Shown here: in pieces, positions 17,387 through 26,863 of the stretch | Position numbering within the stretch: the stretch's first letter is position 1 | How the letters are laid out: each line of letters starts with the position of its first letter | DNA from: Thermoplasmata archaeon | GTDB taxonomy: Archaea; Thermoplasmatota; Thermoplasmata; Lutacidiplasmatales; UBA184 | Reading direction: 5' to 3' | Assembly: GCA_035632035.1 (NCBI GenBank) | Contig: DASQHP010000037.1 | Span: 1-57,866 of the forward strand | Length of the DNA stretch: 57,866 nt | Notes under the pieces: model-generated | Seen by the model: the letters and a program-made list of their open reading frames with translations, nothing else | What the model was told of the DNA's origin: nothing | Database searches by the model: none | Program-made: the position numbers and the translations under genes

Positions 17387-18190
17387 ATGCTGACGTGGAC
17401 GATTCTGGGGCTGGGACTGTTCGCCGGCCTCACCATCTTCCTGAGCCTCCCCGTCGCCCGGATGCGGGAGATACCGTCCGTCGTTCGCATCTTCCTCGGG
17501 TCGCTCACTGCCGGAATCCTGCTGTTCCTGTTCTGGGACGTCATGGACCAGGCGATCGCCCCGCTGAGCGCGGCGGCCTACGCGAACGACGTCGGGACCG
17601 TCGGGCTCGATGCCGTCCTCGTGCTGGGGGCGTTCGGATTGTCGTTCCTCGGACTGACATCGTTCGAGCTGTGGTACCGAGCCCGAGTCGCCACGGGACC
17701 GGCCCAGCCCGATGGGCGGCCCGCCCCGCTCTCGCCACTGCGGGCCATGGAATTCATCGCCGTCGGTATCGGGTTCCACAATTTTGCGGAGGGGCTCGCC
17801 ATCGGTACGGCCGCGGCCGTCACCGGCGGCCTCACCACCGCGACGGTCCTCGTGGTCGGTTTCGCGCTCCACAACGCGACGGAAGGGTTCGGGGTGGCGG
17901 GGCCGGCGGTCGCGGCGGGCGTGGTTCCCTCCTGGCGCCGGCTCGCCGCCCTCGGCCTCGTCGCCGGCGGCCCGACGTTCCTCGGGACGATCGTGGGATC
18001 GGTGGTCGTTCTGCCGGACGTGTCGCTCGCGTTCTTGGGCGTAGCCGCTGGGGCGATCATCTACGTGGTCATCGAGCTGGTCCAGGGAGGGCGGGGCGTC
18101 GTCTCCCCGAGGGTCCGGACGATGGGGATCTTCGTCGGGTTCGCCGTCGGGCTCTTGACCGACCTCGTCGTGACCGCCGGCCACGTGTAG
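17387..18190 (+). CDS. ZIP-family divalent metal transporter
   Basis: 267 aa, multi-TM. Paired motifs GFHNFAEGLAIG and ALHNATEGFGVAG are typical of ZupT/ZIP permeases. Confidence 0.75.
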   Translation: MLTWTILGLGLFAGLTIFLSLPVARMREIPSVVRIFLGSLTAGILLFLFWDVMDQAIAPLSAAAYANDVGTVGLDAVLVLGAFGLSFLGLTSFELWYRARVATGPAQPDGRPAPLSPLRAMEFIAVGIGFHNFAEGLAIGTAAAVTGGLTTATVLVVGFALHNATEGFGVAGPAVAAGVVPSWRRLAALGLVAGGPTFLGTIVGSVVVLPDVSLAFLGVAAGAIIYVVIELVQGGRGVVSPRVRTMGIFVGFAVGLLTDLVVTAGHV

Positions 18191-18197
18191 GCCCGGC

Positions 18198-19259
18198 TCA
18201 GGGCCGAACGCGCTCGAGCGACAAGAATCGCACCGGGCGCTCCGCGTCCACCGACGCGACCACGAACTCCTTGCGGACCCCCTGGGCGACGCGGACGCCG
18301 CCGGCGACGTCCGGCCAGCTCGCGACGTGGGAGGACGGGAGCGCCTGGACGAGGTAGCGCGCGTGCGCGTGTTCCGGATTGCGGGGGTAGGCGCGGAAGT
18401 GGGCTCCGTACTTGAATCCCGTCTTCACGACCAGGCGCCGCTCGCGCAGGGAACGGAAGGCGGCCAATCGCTCGGGGAACCGGGGGTCGAGCCGCCGGGC
18501 GAGCTTGCGCAGCCGGTCGAGGGTCACGATGCGCCGGCTGACCGCGCTGCGGAGCACGAGCTGGCCGCTCTCGAGCAGGTACGCGGCCTCCAGTAGGCTC
18601 ACCTCGAGGCGGTCGCCGATCCGGCTCCCGAACGCGAGGTTGCGCCCGAGCGCGTCGACCGCGGCCGCGTCGAAGATGGTGACGCGGTCGTGGGCGAGCC
18701 AGCCGGCGGCGGGCGTTGCGAGCGGCGTCGGGGCAAGCGCACCCACCGGGCTCGGCCGCCGCAGGCGGTAGTAGGTGAGGTCCGATTCCTCGTCCACGAG
18801 GGCCAGCAGGAGCGACTTCTTCGCCCCCTGGGCGCGGTCGGCCAGGTCAAAGAGCCCGCCCAGGTCCACCGGCACGCGCTCGGAGTAGACCGCGACCCAG
18901 AACCGGGCCGGGGTCTTGTGCAGAGTCCCCCCCCGCGGGAGGACCGCGAACTGAGTCGGAGGCGGGCTCGCCCGGACCACGTAGCCGCGCTGTCGCAGGT
19001 CCCGGTAGACGATGTAGCGCACCGCGAATCCGTGCTCGACCCGGGCCGCGCGGCGGAAGAGGTCGGACCAGTCGACGGGCCGACCGGCCGACGAGCGCAC
19101 TTCGAGCCGTTTCATCTCGGCGAGGTACACCGATTCGTACCGGTCGAGCGTGAGACCCCCGTCCACCGGGGTCCCGAAGAACCCCCTCGCGTAGACCGTG
19201 GAGGCCTCGCCCGGCTCCGTCACCTCGACCGTGGCGTCCGGTCGGACGCGTCCGCTCAC
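18198..19259 (-). CDS. endA: tRNA-splicing endonuclease, tandem-repeat (alpha2-type) architecture
   Basis: ORF 18198..19670, trimmed to GTG at 19259 (GTGA overlap with the pyrE stop), giving 353 aa. The C-terminal catalytic half has VVKTGFKYGAHFRAYPRNPEHAHARYLV...VAQGVRKEFV. The N-terminal half is a degenerate duplicate (YIVYRDLRQRGYVV..). Confidence 0.8.
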   Translation of the reverse strand: MSGRVRPDATVEVTEPGEASTVYARGFFGTPVDGGLTLDRYESVYLAEMKRLEVRSSAGRPVDWSDLFRRAARVEHGFAVRYIVYRDLRQRGYVVRASPPPTQFAVLPRGGTLHKTPARFWVAVYSERVPVDLGGLFDLADRAQGAKKSLLLALVDEESDLTYYRLRRPSPVGALAPTPLATPAAGWLAHDRVTIFDAAAVDALGRNLAFGSRIGDRLEVSLLEAAYLLESGQLVLRSAVSRRIVTLDRLRKLARRLDPRFPERLAAFRSLRERRLVVKTGFKYGAHFRAYPRNPEHAHARYLVQALPSSHVASWPDVAGGVRVAQGVRKEFVVASVDAERPVRFLSLERVRP

Positions 19260-19810
19260 CGGTGGGCCCCTCGCAGCTCGGCGAGCGTGACGAGGGATTC
19301 CAGCGCGACGCCGGCCGCCCCCAGGGCCGGAGCGGCTCCGGATTCTCGGTCGACCACGGTCAGCACGCGAGCGACCCGGCCGCCGGCGGCCCGGACCACC
19401 TCGACGGTCTCCAGGACCGACCCTCCCGTAGTAGTGACGTCCTCGATGATGAGGACCCGGCACCCCGAGGGGATCTCCCCCTCGTACCGCTGCTGCGTTC
19501 CATGGGCCTTCGCGGCCTTGCGGACGACCACGTAGGGGAGGCCCGTGGACAAGGCGACCGCCACGACGAGCGGCACCGCGCCCAGTTCCATGCCGGCGAG
19601 ACGCTCCGCGTCGCCGACCCGGGCGCTCAGGGCGGCGGCCAGCGGTCGGAGACGACCGGGGTCCGTCCACGCCTTCTTGATGTCGACGTACACGTCCGAG
19701 GTCTTCCCCGAGGCGAGGGTGAACTGGCCGAATCGGACGGCGCCGGACCGGAGCAAGAGGTCGACGACCTCGGCGCGGGCGGGGACCGGGGCGGGAGACG
19801 GATCGCTCAC
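19256..19810 (-). CDS. pyrE: Orotate phosphoribosyltransferase
   Basis: Trimmed to GTG at 19810 (GTGA overlap with the carS stop), giving 184 aa. Contains FGQFTLASGKTSDVYVD and the PRPP loop VLIIEDVTTTGGS. Confidence 0.85.
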   Translation of the reverse strand: MSDPSPAPVPARAEVVDLLLRSGAVRFGQFTLASGKTSDVYVDIKKAWTDPGRLRPLAAALSARVGDAERLAGMELGAVPLVVAVALSTGLPYVVVRKAAKAHGTQQRYEGEIPSGCRVLIIEDVTTTGGSVLETVEVVRAAGGRVARVLTVVDRESGAAPALGAAGVALESLVTLAELRGAHR

Positions 19811-20385
19811 CAGGGCACCTTCTTCAGTCCGGCCTTGAACCCGATCCAGTTGAAGAGGGTGTGGAGCCCAAGAGTGAAGATGAGGAGCCACGCGAGAGGC
19901 TCCAGGCCGAAGAACGTCGGGAGGAAGAGCGACGGCGCGAGGACGGCCCCCACCAGGATGGGGACCGCGATCATGGGAAGCTGGTCGAGGAACGGCACCC
20001 GGGCCCCGCTCCCGATAGCGAGGCGACGCTTGATGAATGAACCGAGCGCGTCGCCGGTCATGGCTCCGACCGAGAGCAGGAGGACGATCGGCGTCGCGGC
20101 CACCAGGGTCGGTCCGTACTGGGGTACGAGCTGGAGCGACGGCGGCGCGATGAGGATGAGCCATGCCTCGAACCAGGCGACCAGAGCGGCGATCAGCGAC
20201 CCGAACAGGAAGCCGGACCACGTCTTGGACGGCCCGAGGAGACGGCGGCCGTCTCCGGGCCAGTTCCGCCCGAAATCCATCGGCGGCCCCCTTCCCCGTG
20301 GGATCGTGGCGGTCGCGCTCGCGACGTACGGGGGGATCAGGACCCACAGGACATCGGTCGGGACCAGGAGGTGCGGATCGACCAC
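19807..20385 (-). CDS. carS: CDP-archaeol synthase (CarS, DUF46 family)
   Basis: ORF 19807..21255, trimmed to GTG at 20385, giving 192 aa. The protein is multi-TM, with PPYVASATATIPRG..PMDFG....DGRRLLGPSKTWSGF and GDALGSFIKRR, which are CarS hallmarks. Confidence 0.75.
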   Translation of the reverse strand: MVDPHLLVPTDVLWVLIPPYVASATATIPRGRGPPMDFGRNWPGDGRRLLGPSKTWSGFLFGSLIAALVAWFEAWLILIAPPSLQLVPQYGPTLVAATPIVLLLSVGAMTGDALGSFIKRRLAIGSGARVPFLDQLPMIAVPILVGAVLAPSLFLPTFFGLEPLAWLLIFTLGLHTLFNWIGFKAGLKKVPW

Positions 20386-20396
20386 GGTGGGCCGCC

Positions 20397-22034
20397 TCAG
20401 GGTTCCCGGACGAACCGCTCGATCGCACGCGCCACGCCGCCCAGGAGCCGGGGATCCACGCTCTCCTCCGCCTGATGGATGTTCGCCTCCCGGTCCATGC
20501 TTCCGAACACGATGGCGGGGAGCGGTTCGCCCGACGGTGTGGTGAGCCCGCTCAGGGAGCTGGCATCCGTTCCCCCGTACTCGCCGAACACACCGTCCGA
20601 GCCGACGGTCTCGCGCAGCAGCCGGTCGAGCCGAAGCACAGCCGGATGATCCGGCGCGAGACAGTAACCGCCCCGGCACCGGCTTGGCGGCGCGTCGATC
20701 TGGGCGGGCAACCCCGAGGAGCGGATCCAGGACTCGACCTGGGTCAGAACGCCCGGGAGCCCATCGTCCAGCGACATCTCGGGCGTGAGGCGCAGATCCA
20801 CGCTGAACGTGGCCTCCACCGGCCCCCCGCTCGGGATCCATCCCGCGGCGAGCCCGTGCCGCAGCGCGGCGAACGCCGCGGGGACCGGATTGTGCCCGCG
20901 ATGCGGGTATCCCCCATGCGCGCCGGTACCCTGGATCGTCAGGAGCTGGGTACCCGGAGGAACTTCCCCGGAGGTCGTCGCCCCCTCGTGGACCCGGTAC
21001 GGCGCGGCGACGACGGAGCGGATCCGTTCCAGGATCGACGGGGCCCCGGGGGCGGGAGAGGAGAATCCGAGCGTGACGGATTCCGCGATCTGGTTCGCGG
21101 CGTCGGTCTCCGCCCTCGCGAGAACGAGCTCCCCGGGACCGGGCGATCCGCCGGCCGCCCTCAGGTCGAACTTCGTGACCGTGGCGCGACCGGTAAGCAC
21201 CGGCTCGGGCGCCCCGTGGTCCGGCCAATCCGGCGAGGGATACCGGGACATCCACCGGCGGACGGTGTCGTGCAGCGCCACCAGGAACTCACCGTAATCC
21301 AGCACGGCCGAGAGCGGCACCGGCCGATCGAACTCGGCGTCCAGGAACGCGAGGCCGCAGGAGCCCGCCGTCGTATGCGGGCTTCCGTCGGGGATCAACG
21401 CCACATCGCCCACGAGGACCCGACCGGGATCGCCGGGCGGGAGGCGTTCATCGTGCTCCTTGAGCGACTCGATCCCGCCCGCGCCACCGGTCTCTTCGTC
21501 GCAGCAAACGAGCAGACGGACGTTGCGACGTGGTGGCTCGCCCGCGGTGAGTCGCTTGAGGGCCAGGTAGGACGCGACCACGCCGCTCCCCAGATCGTCG
21601 TTCGCCCCGCGGCCGTAGAGTCGGCCGTCCGACCGGCGGGTGAGCACGTGAGGCGGGGTCTTCCAGCGCTCCCGCTGTTCGACCGGCACCGGCACCACGT
21701 CGTAATGCGCCAGGATGAGCACGCGTTCTCGGGCCCCGACGTCCAGATCGACGATCAGGTTGGGACGCGGTCCCCCCTCCAGCACGCTCGAGTGGGCGGG
21801 GTCCCCCATCGGGTCGATGATGCGGGTGGGGAGCCCCAGGTCCCGGGCGTACCGCGCGAGGCGGTCGACGGTGGCCGTGTACCGGGGCTTCTCGTAGCGG
21901 TGGCGGGGGGGATCCTCGAGGTTGGTGGGCGCGAGGGCGACCAGGTTGGTCAGTAGACGAAGAGCGTCGCGGGCGCCCAACTGGCTCGCGGCCTCGTCCG
22001 AAATGGGAGGCTCGGGGGATTCGTCGGACATCAT
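20397..22034 (-). CDS. M20-family metallohydrolase (ArgE/DapE/CPG2-like), long form
   Basis: 545 aa. Contains VLILAHYDVVPV, GRGANDDLGSGV, CCDEETGGAGG and a dimerisation/lid-like insert. Confidence 0.65.
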   Translation of the reverse strand: MMSDESPEPPISDEAASQLGARDALRLLTNLVALAPTNLEDPPRHRYEKPRYTATVDRLARYARDLGLPTRIIDPMGDPAHSSVLEGGPRPNLIVDLDVGARERVLILAHYDVVPVPVEQRERWKTPPHVLTRRSDGRLYGRGANDDLGSGVVASYLALKRLTAGEPPRRNVRLLVCCDEETGGAGGIESLKEHDERLPPGDPGRVLVGDVALIPDGSPHTTAGSCGLAFLDAEFDRPVPLSAVLDYGEFLVALHDTVRRWMSRYPSPDWPDHGAPEPVLTGRATVTKFDLRAAGGSPGPGELVLARAETDAANQIAESVTLGFSSPAPGAPSILERIRSVVAAPYRVHEGATTSGEVPPGTQLLTIQGTGAHGGYPHRGHNPVPAAFAALRHGLAAGWIPSGGPVEATFSVDLRLTPEMSLDDGLPGVLTQVESWIRSSGLPAQIDAPPSRCRGGYCLAPDHPAVLRLDRLLRETVGSDGVFGEYGGTDASSLSGLTTPSGEPLPAIVFGSMDREANIHQAEESVDPRLLGGVARAIERFVREP

Positions 22035-22039
22035 TGACC

Positions 22040-23869
22040 TCAGCGGATTGCCAGCAAGACGATGACGGACCCGGCGAGGAGGAGGAGGAAGGTCGTCAGG
22101 AGGGCGTTCGCGAACATCGAGACGGTGTCGCCCAGGCTCGTCAGCAGCCGGGCGGTCCAGCCCGGTCCGAGGACGGGCACTGACGGGACGGGGGCCGTTC
22201 CGGCACGGACCTCGACGGGCGCAAGGCGAGCTTTCGCCTCCGCGACCAGGGAGCGTATGTCGGCCGCCAGTGACTCGACGGGATAGCGCTCGCCGACCGG
22301 ATTGATCCCGCCGTCCACCTCGTGGACGACGTGGTTGTCGGTCGTCATCACCTCGGCGACGTCCACCAACGGGGTGAGCGCCTCCAGGATCCGCGCGCGC
22401 ATGCCCTTCAGGAGATTGTTCCCGTCGATGAGCACGTACGCGGTCGTGGTCCCGGCCGCCCGCAGCACCAGCGCGCGGATCCCCGTCGGACCGATTCCGT
22501 GCGCGCCGATCGAGTACCCTTCGCGGACGGCCACACCCGCCTCGACCGGCCCTGGGACCCGGAGGCGGCGCGCCTCCGCGATGGAACCTCGGGCATCCGC
22601 CAGCATCTGGGCGGCGCTCGGAGTCCCATAGATGAGGTCGCCCTGGCCCTCGACATAGGAGTTGTGGGCGTCGACGATGGCGAGGTGGACGCTGGGGGAG
22701 AACTCTCGATAGAGCTGGTCGGCGACCGAGAAATCAATGTCGTCCGTCGGCGCGGGCGCTTGAGTCACGACCACGAGAACGGTGTCGCCCAGGGCTTGGG
22801 CCTTCGCGATCGCGCCCGGGCGGCCCCCGACGAGCGGGCTCGACCCGGAGGCGGCGGGAGCCCCGAGCTCGCGGAGAAGCGCCCGGGCGGCGTCGGCGAC
22901 CTGGCGAACCTCGGCTCCACTCGGAAGGTCGAGGTCGTGGTTGCAGGGCGTGTGCGGCACCAGCACCGTGCCCGCCGCGGGGCCGAGCGCCTCGGCAAGC
23001 TTCCGGGGGAGGTCGCTCGCCCCGAGGGCGGCGAACGGTCCAGGATGAACGGTGGGCAGCGCGATCGTGGCCACGGGTTCGGAACCTCGTCGAAAACTGA
23101 GCAAGGTGACCCGGAGGTCCGCGGGAAACGCGAACCGCTTGAAGAACGACTCGATCGCCTCCGTCGCCGCCGGGTCACGTCGATTGACATGGTCGAGCAG
23201 CGGTCGGATGAGCGACACGCCCGAGATCGAGAACTCGCGTCGCAGCGGGCGGTCGGCGGCGCGCAGCAGGAGGGCGGCGCATCCGAACCCGAGCAACAGA
23301 TCGAGGAGCGCGGCGACGACGAGCGGGCCGCTCCACGGGTAGACGACGAACGTCATGACGACCGCTACGGCGGGCGGCAAGGCCGATACTGGTAGGGAGC
23401 GGGCATGGCTGGAGCGAGAGACCCCGAAGATGGTCATGTGCCGGAACCAGAGCATCGGCCCCTGCAGGAGCAGCAGGATCGCTGCCTCGGGGATGGACGC
23501 GACCGCCGGCAGGGTGTCGACCGCTCGCCACACGATCAGGAGCGGCACGGCGAGCATCGCGCTCATCAACGCGAGGAGCACGCTCCGTCGCCAGACGAAC
23601 TCGCCGCCGAGGCTGGCGGCGAGGGGGGTGGACAGCGCAACGGCGACCATCGCGGGGAACAGGAACACGAGGACGAGCCCCGTGAGGAATGGCTGGGGAT
23701 ACCCCGCGGGATACCAGGCGAGGGTGGCTAGCACGAGCAGGACGACGAGAAGAAGGCCCGAGGTCACCCTCGGCGACGGCGCCCGGAAGATCAGTCGGAC
23801 GTAGCGACGGGTTGGGCTGTTCGGCGGCTGGGGCGCCACCGGCAAGGGATCAGCCGCCACGGGCGGCAC
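22040..23869 (-). CDS. Polytopic membrane protein with a large soluble C-terminal domain (DUF2070-like)
   Basis: 609 aa. About 6-7 N-terminal TM helices are followed by a soluble region (..VVTQAPAPTDDIDFS..IVDAHNSYVEG..MTTDNHVVHEVDGGINPVG..) and a final TM helix. The family call comes from remembered architecture only. Confidence 0.4.
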   Translation of the reverse strand: MPPVAADPLPVAPQPPNSPTRRYVRLIFRAPSPRVTSGLLLVVLLVLATLAWYPAGYPQPFLTGLVLVFLFPAMVAVALSTPLAASLGGEFVWRRSVLLALMSAMLAVPLLIVWRAVDTLPAVASIPEAAILLLLQGPMLWFRHMTIFGVSRSSHARSLPVSALPPAVAVVMTFVVYPWSGPLVVAALLDLLLGFGCAALLLRAADRPLRREFSISGVSLIRPLLDHVNRRDPAATEAIESFFKRFAFPADLRVTLLSFRRGSEPVATIALPTVHPGPFAALGASDLPRKLAEALGPAAGTVLVPHTPCNHDLDLPSGAEVRQVADAARALLRELGAPAASGSSPLVGGRPGAIAKAQALGDTVLVVVTQAPAPTDDIDFSVADQLYREFSPSVHLAIVDAHNSYVEGQGDLIYGTPSAAQMLADARGSIAEARRLRVPGPVEAGVAVREGYSIGAHGIGPTGIRALVLRAAGTTTAYVLIDGNNLLKGMRARILEALTPLVDVAEVMTTDNHVVHEVDGGINPVGERYPVESLAADIRSLVAEAKARLAPVEVRAGTAPVPSVPVLGPGWTARLLTSLGDTVSMFANALLTTFLLLLAGSVIVLLAIR

Positions 23870-24599
23870 GCACCTCCTTCAGGATCTCCTGGAATCCCTC
23901 TCCCAGACCCTCCTCCTCCGTGACGGTCCCGGTCACCAGGATCTGGGCACCGGCGTCCAGGAGACGTCGGGCGTCCGGTCCGGACCGGATCCCTCCACCG
24001 ACGATCACCGGGATCTCGACCGTCTTTCGCACCGTCCGAACCATATCGGCCGGAACGGGGCTCGGGGCCCCCGAACCCGCTTCGAGGTAGATGAGCTGCA
24101 TTCCGAGGAACTGGGCGGCGAGGGCGTATCCTGCCGCCAGCGCCGCGTCGTCGCGGGCGACCGCGTCGACCTGTCCCACCTCGCCCACTCGCATCCCCGG
24201 CGCGATCACGAGGTACCCCATCGGGATCGGCTCCAACCCCATCGCCCGGATCGCCGGAGCGGCGCGAGCGTGGGTGCGGATCACGAGGTCGAGGTTCCGC
24301 GAGTTGAGGAGGCTCATGAACAGCACCGCGTCGGCGGCGGGCGTAAGCGAGCTCGCCCCCTCGGGGAATATCACGACCGGTGCCCCGACGCGCCGCTTGA
24401 TCGCCTGGGCCGCCTCGCCCATCTTCCCTGGTGAGATCCCCGTCGAGCCGCCCAACAGGATCACGTCGCTGCCGGCCTCGACCGCCCCCGCGGCAATCCG
24501 GGCCGCTGCATCGCCCGGCGACTTGTCGGGGTCGATGAGGGTGAAGTGGACCGGGCCCCGGTGGAGTCGCTCGCCGAGGTAGTCAAGAACCCGCCCCAC
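23850..24599 (-). CDS. Geranylgeranylglyceryl phosphate synthase (PcrB family)
   Basis: ORF 23850..25517, trimmed to GTG at 24599, giving 249 aa. Contains HFTLIDPDK, LLGGSTG, IYLEAGSGA and VIVGGGIRS. Confidence 0.85.
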   Translation of the reverse strand: MGRVLDYLGERLHRGPVHFTLIDPDKSPGDAAARIAAGAVEAGSDVILLGGSTGISPGKMGEAAQAIKRRVGAPVVIFPEGASSLTPAADAVLFMSLLNSRNLDLVIRTHARAAPAIRAMGLEPIPMGYLVIAPGMRVGEVGQVDAVARDDAALAAGYALAAQFLGMQLIYLEAGSGAPSPVPADMVRTVRKTVEIPVIVGGGIRSGPDARRLLDAGAQILVTGTVTEEEGLGEGFQEILKEVRAARGG

Positions 24600-24613
24600 C
24601 CGACCTCTCTCCC

Positions 24614-25495
24614 TCAGCGGAACGCGACGGCCAGGAACGCGAGGAGCGCGACCGTCATCGCCGCCTTGCTCAGCGATTGCTCCCCGTGGAGTCGGTTCGG
24701 AAGCCAGGCGACCGACACCACGAAGAGGGCATCCGTCGCGAGCACCAGCCCCAGATACATAATCCCCGCGGCGGAGAACGGGGCGAGCGTGAGGATCGCT
24801 GGAAGCGGGCTGAGGGCGATCGCGCCGGCCACAGCGGCGCGGGCGACCTGCGTGCCCGTGCGCATCCCGTACACCCGCGGGAGCGTCCGACGACCCACGT
24901 CGCCTCCCGCGTCCTCCATGTCCTTGATGACCTCCCGGCTCAACGTGGCCCCGAACGCCATCGCGGCGAGCGGGAGGACGACCGCCTCGTGAGAGGTGAC
25001 CGCGGCTCCATAGAGAAAGACGGCCGCCGTCAGGAACGCCACGAGGGCGTTCCCCGAGAGGCCCCGCGCCTTGAACCGGAACTCGTAGGCCAGCAGGCTT
25101 CCGACGGCGAGCGCCCAGATCACCGGAATGAAAAGATGGTCGAGGGCCAGGGGGATCATGAGCGCCGCCGAAACGACCAGCAGGCCCACGGCGAGCCGAG
25201 TGGCCCCGGATACCGAGACCGCCCCGGTCACGATCGGGCGATCTGGATGGTTCACCCGGTCGGAGTCGCGGTCGAGGAGGTCGTTGATCACGTTCCCGCC
25301 GGCGGTGACGCACGCCGTGGATGCCGCGGCGACGAGGACCGCCAGGAAGAACTCCGTGTCCCAGTCGAGACCGGTTCCGCGAGCGGCCAACGCCCCGACC
25401 ACCGTTCCCGCGAAGGAAACGAGCGTGTTCGCCGGCCGGATCAGGCGGAGACCGGCGTGCACTCCGGCCGATGGCCGGCCGGCCGCCATAACCAT
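24614..25495 (-). CDS. Digeranylgeranylglyceryl phosphate synthase (UbiA prenyltransferase family)
   Basis: 293 aa, multi-TM. Contains NVINDLLDRDSDRVNHPDRPI (UbiA Asp-rich motif). The gene is adjacent to the GGGP synthase. Confidence 0.8.
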   Translation of the reverse strand: MVMAAGRPSAGVHAGLRLIRPANTLVSFAGTVVGALAARGTGLDWDTEFFLAVLVAAASTACVTAGGNVINDLLDRDSDRVNHPDRPIVTGAVSVSGATRLAVGLLVVSAALMIPLALDHLFIPVIWALAVGSLLAYEFRFKARGLSGNALVAFLTAAVFLYGAAVTSHEAVVLPLAAMAFGATLSREVIKDMEDAGGDVGRRTLPRVYGMRTGTQVARAAVAGAIALSPLPAILTLAPFSAAGIMYLGLVLATDALFVVSVAWLPNRLHGEQSLSKAAMTVALLAFLAVAFR

Positions 25496-25514
25496 TTCGC
25501 GGCGGAAAGCCGGT

Positions 25515-25523
25515 CATTATAAG
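25515..25523. promoter_or_regulatory. Shared palindromic TATA element (TTATAA, 25517-25522) centred exactly between two divergent start codons
   Basis: The centre is at 25519.5, which is 24.5 nt from the ATG at 25495 (minus strand) and 24.5 nt from the GTG at 25544 (plus strand). Confidence 0.4.
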
Positions 25524-25543
25524 CCAGGGGGACTCCCCGGCCC

Positions 25544-26863
25544 GTGGCCCGACGTCCCGGACCGCCCTCCACCGTTCAGCGGTTCACGCTCGACAACGGG
25601 CTGAGCGTCGTCCTGGCGCCCGTTCCGGGGTGCCCGACCGCCAGCGTCTGGGTCTGGTACCGCGTCGGTTCGAAGAACGAGACCCCCGGGATCACCGGCG
25701 CCTCCCACTGGGTCGAGCACATGCTGTTCCAAGGGTCGCCCAGGTATGGCAAAGGGGCGATGGACCGCGCCGTCGTGGAGGTCGGCGGAGAACTCAACGC
25801 GTTCACCGACACGGATTTCACCGCCTACTTCACCACCGTCCCGAGCGAGCACCTCGCCGTCCCGCTCGACATCGAATCCGACCGGATGACCCGCGCCCTG
25901 TTCGACCCGCCCGAGGTCGAGCGGGAGAGGACGGTGATCCGCTCCGAACGAGAGGGGAACGAGAACTGGCCGGAGTTCCTCGCCGAGGAGGAACTGTATC
26001 ACCTGGCTTTCCGGACGCACCCCTACCGATGGGACCCCCTGGGGCTCCCCGGCGACATCCTCGCCCTGACCCCCCGGGGCCTCAAGGAGTACTACCAGAA
26101 GTACTACGGAACCCGGAACGCGGTTCTCGTGGTCGCCGGCGGCTTCGATGCCTCCGACCTCCGTCGGGAGGTCCATCGGCGATTCGCCCGGCTCCCTCGA
26201 ACCGGCGCGGACCCGACGGTCCATACAGTCGAGCCACCTCCCAACGCCGAGCGCCGGGCGGAGCTCACCGGTCCGGGCACGACCCCCTACCTCGAGGTGG
26301 GATTCCGCGCTCCCGGCATCCAGGATCCCGACCTGCCCGCCACCATCCTCCTTGATGTCATCCTGGGCGGAGAGAACCGCCTCTACGCGGTCGGCAACAC
26401 CTGGGGCCGCTCGCGCGAACACCCCTCTGCCCGGCTCTATCGCCGGCTCGTGGACCGCGGGCTCGCTGTCCGGGCCGTGAGCGAGTTCCGACCCCGAGTG
26501 CACCCCGGATTGTTCACACTCCACGTGCAAGCCGCGCGCGGAGTGGCCCCGACACGGGTCGAAGCGGCGCTCGACGCCGAGCTCGACCGGTTCATCCGTT
26601 CCGGACCCACGAGCGCCGAGATCGCCGAGGCGAAACGGAAGCTCGCCCGGGCCGCGACGCTCGCCTACGAGGGGGCAACTCGAACCGGATTCCGATTGGG
26701 GTACTTCGCCATGATGGGCGGGCCTCGGATGGAGGTGGAGCTCCTGCGTCGGGTCCTCGCGACTCGGGCGAACGAGGTCCACCGCGTGGCGCGTTCCCTA
26801 CTGGAGCGGATCGGACGTACGAACGTCTGGTACATTCCGACACAGGGAGGCCATGGCGCGTGA
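25544..26863 (+). CDS. M16 (pitrilysin) family zinc peptidase, active-type subunit
   Basis: 439 aa. An inverted zinc motif HWVEHMLFQGS (HxxEH) is present. Confidence 0.8.
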   Translation: MARRPGPPSTVQRFTLDNGLSVVLAPVPGCPTASVWVWYRVGSKNETPGITGASHWVEHMLFQGSPRYGKGAMDRAVVEVGGELNAFTDTDFTAYFTTVPSEHLAVPLDIESDRMTRALFDPPEVERERTVIRSEREGNENWPEFLAEEELYHLAFRTHPYRWDPLGLPGDILALTPRGLKEYYQKYYGTRNAVLVVAGGFDASDLRREVHRRFARLPRTGADPTVHTVEPPPNAERRAELTGPGTTPYLEVGFRAPGIQDPDLPATILLDVILGGENRLYAVGNTWGRSREHPSARLYRRLVDRGLAVRAVSEFRPRVHPGLFTLHVQAARGVAPTRVEAALDAELDRFIRSGPTSAEIAEAKRKLARAATLAYEGATRTGFRLGYFAMMGGPRMEVELLRRVLATRANEVHRVARSLLERIGRTNVWYIPTQGGHGA

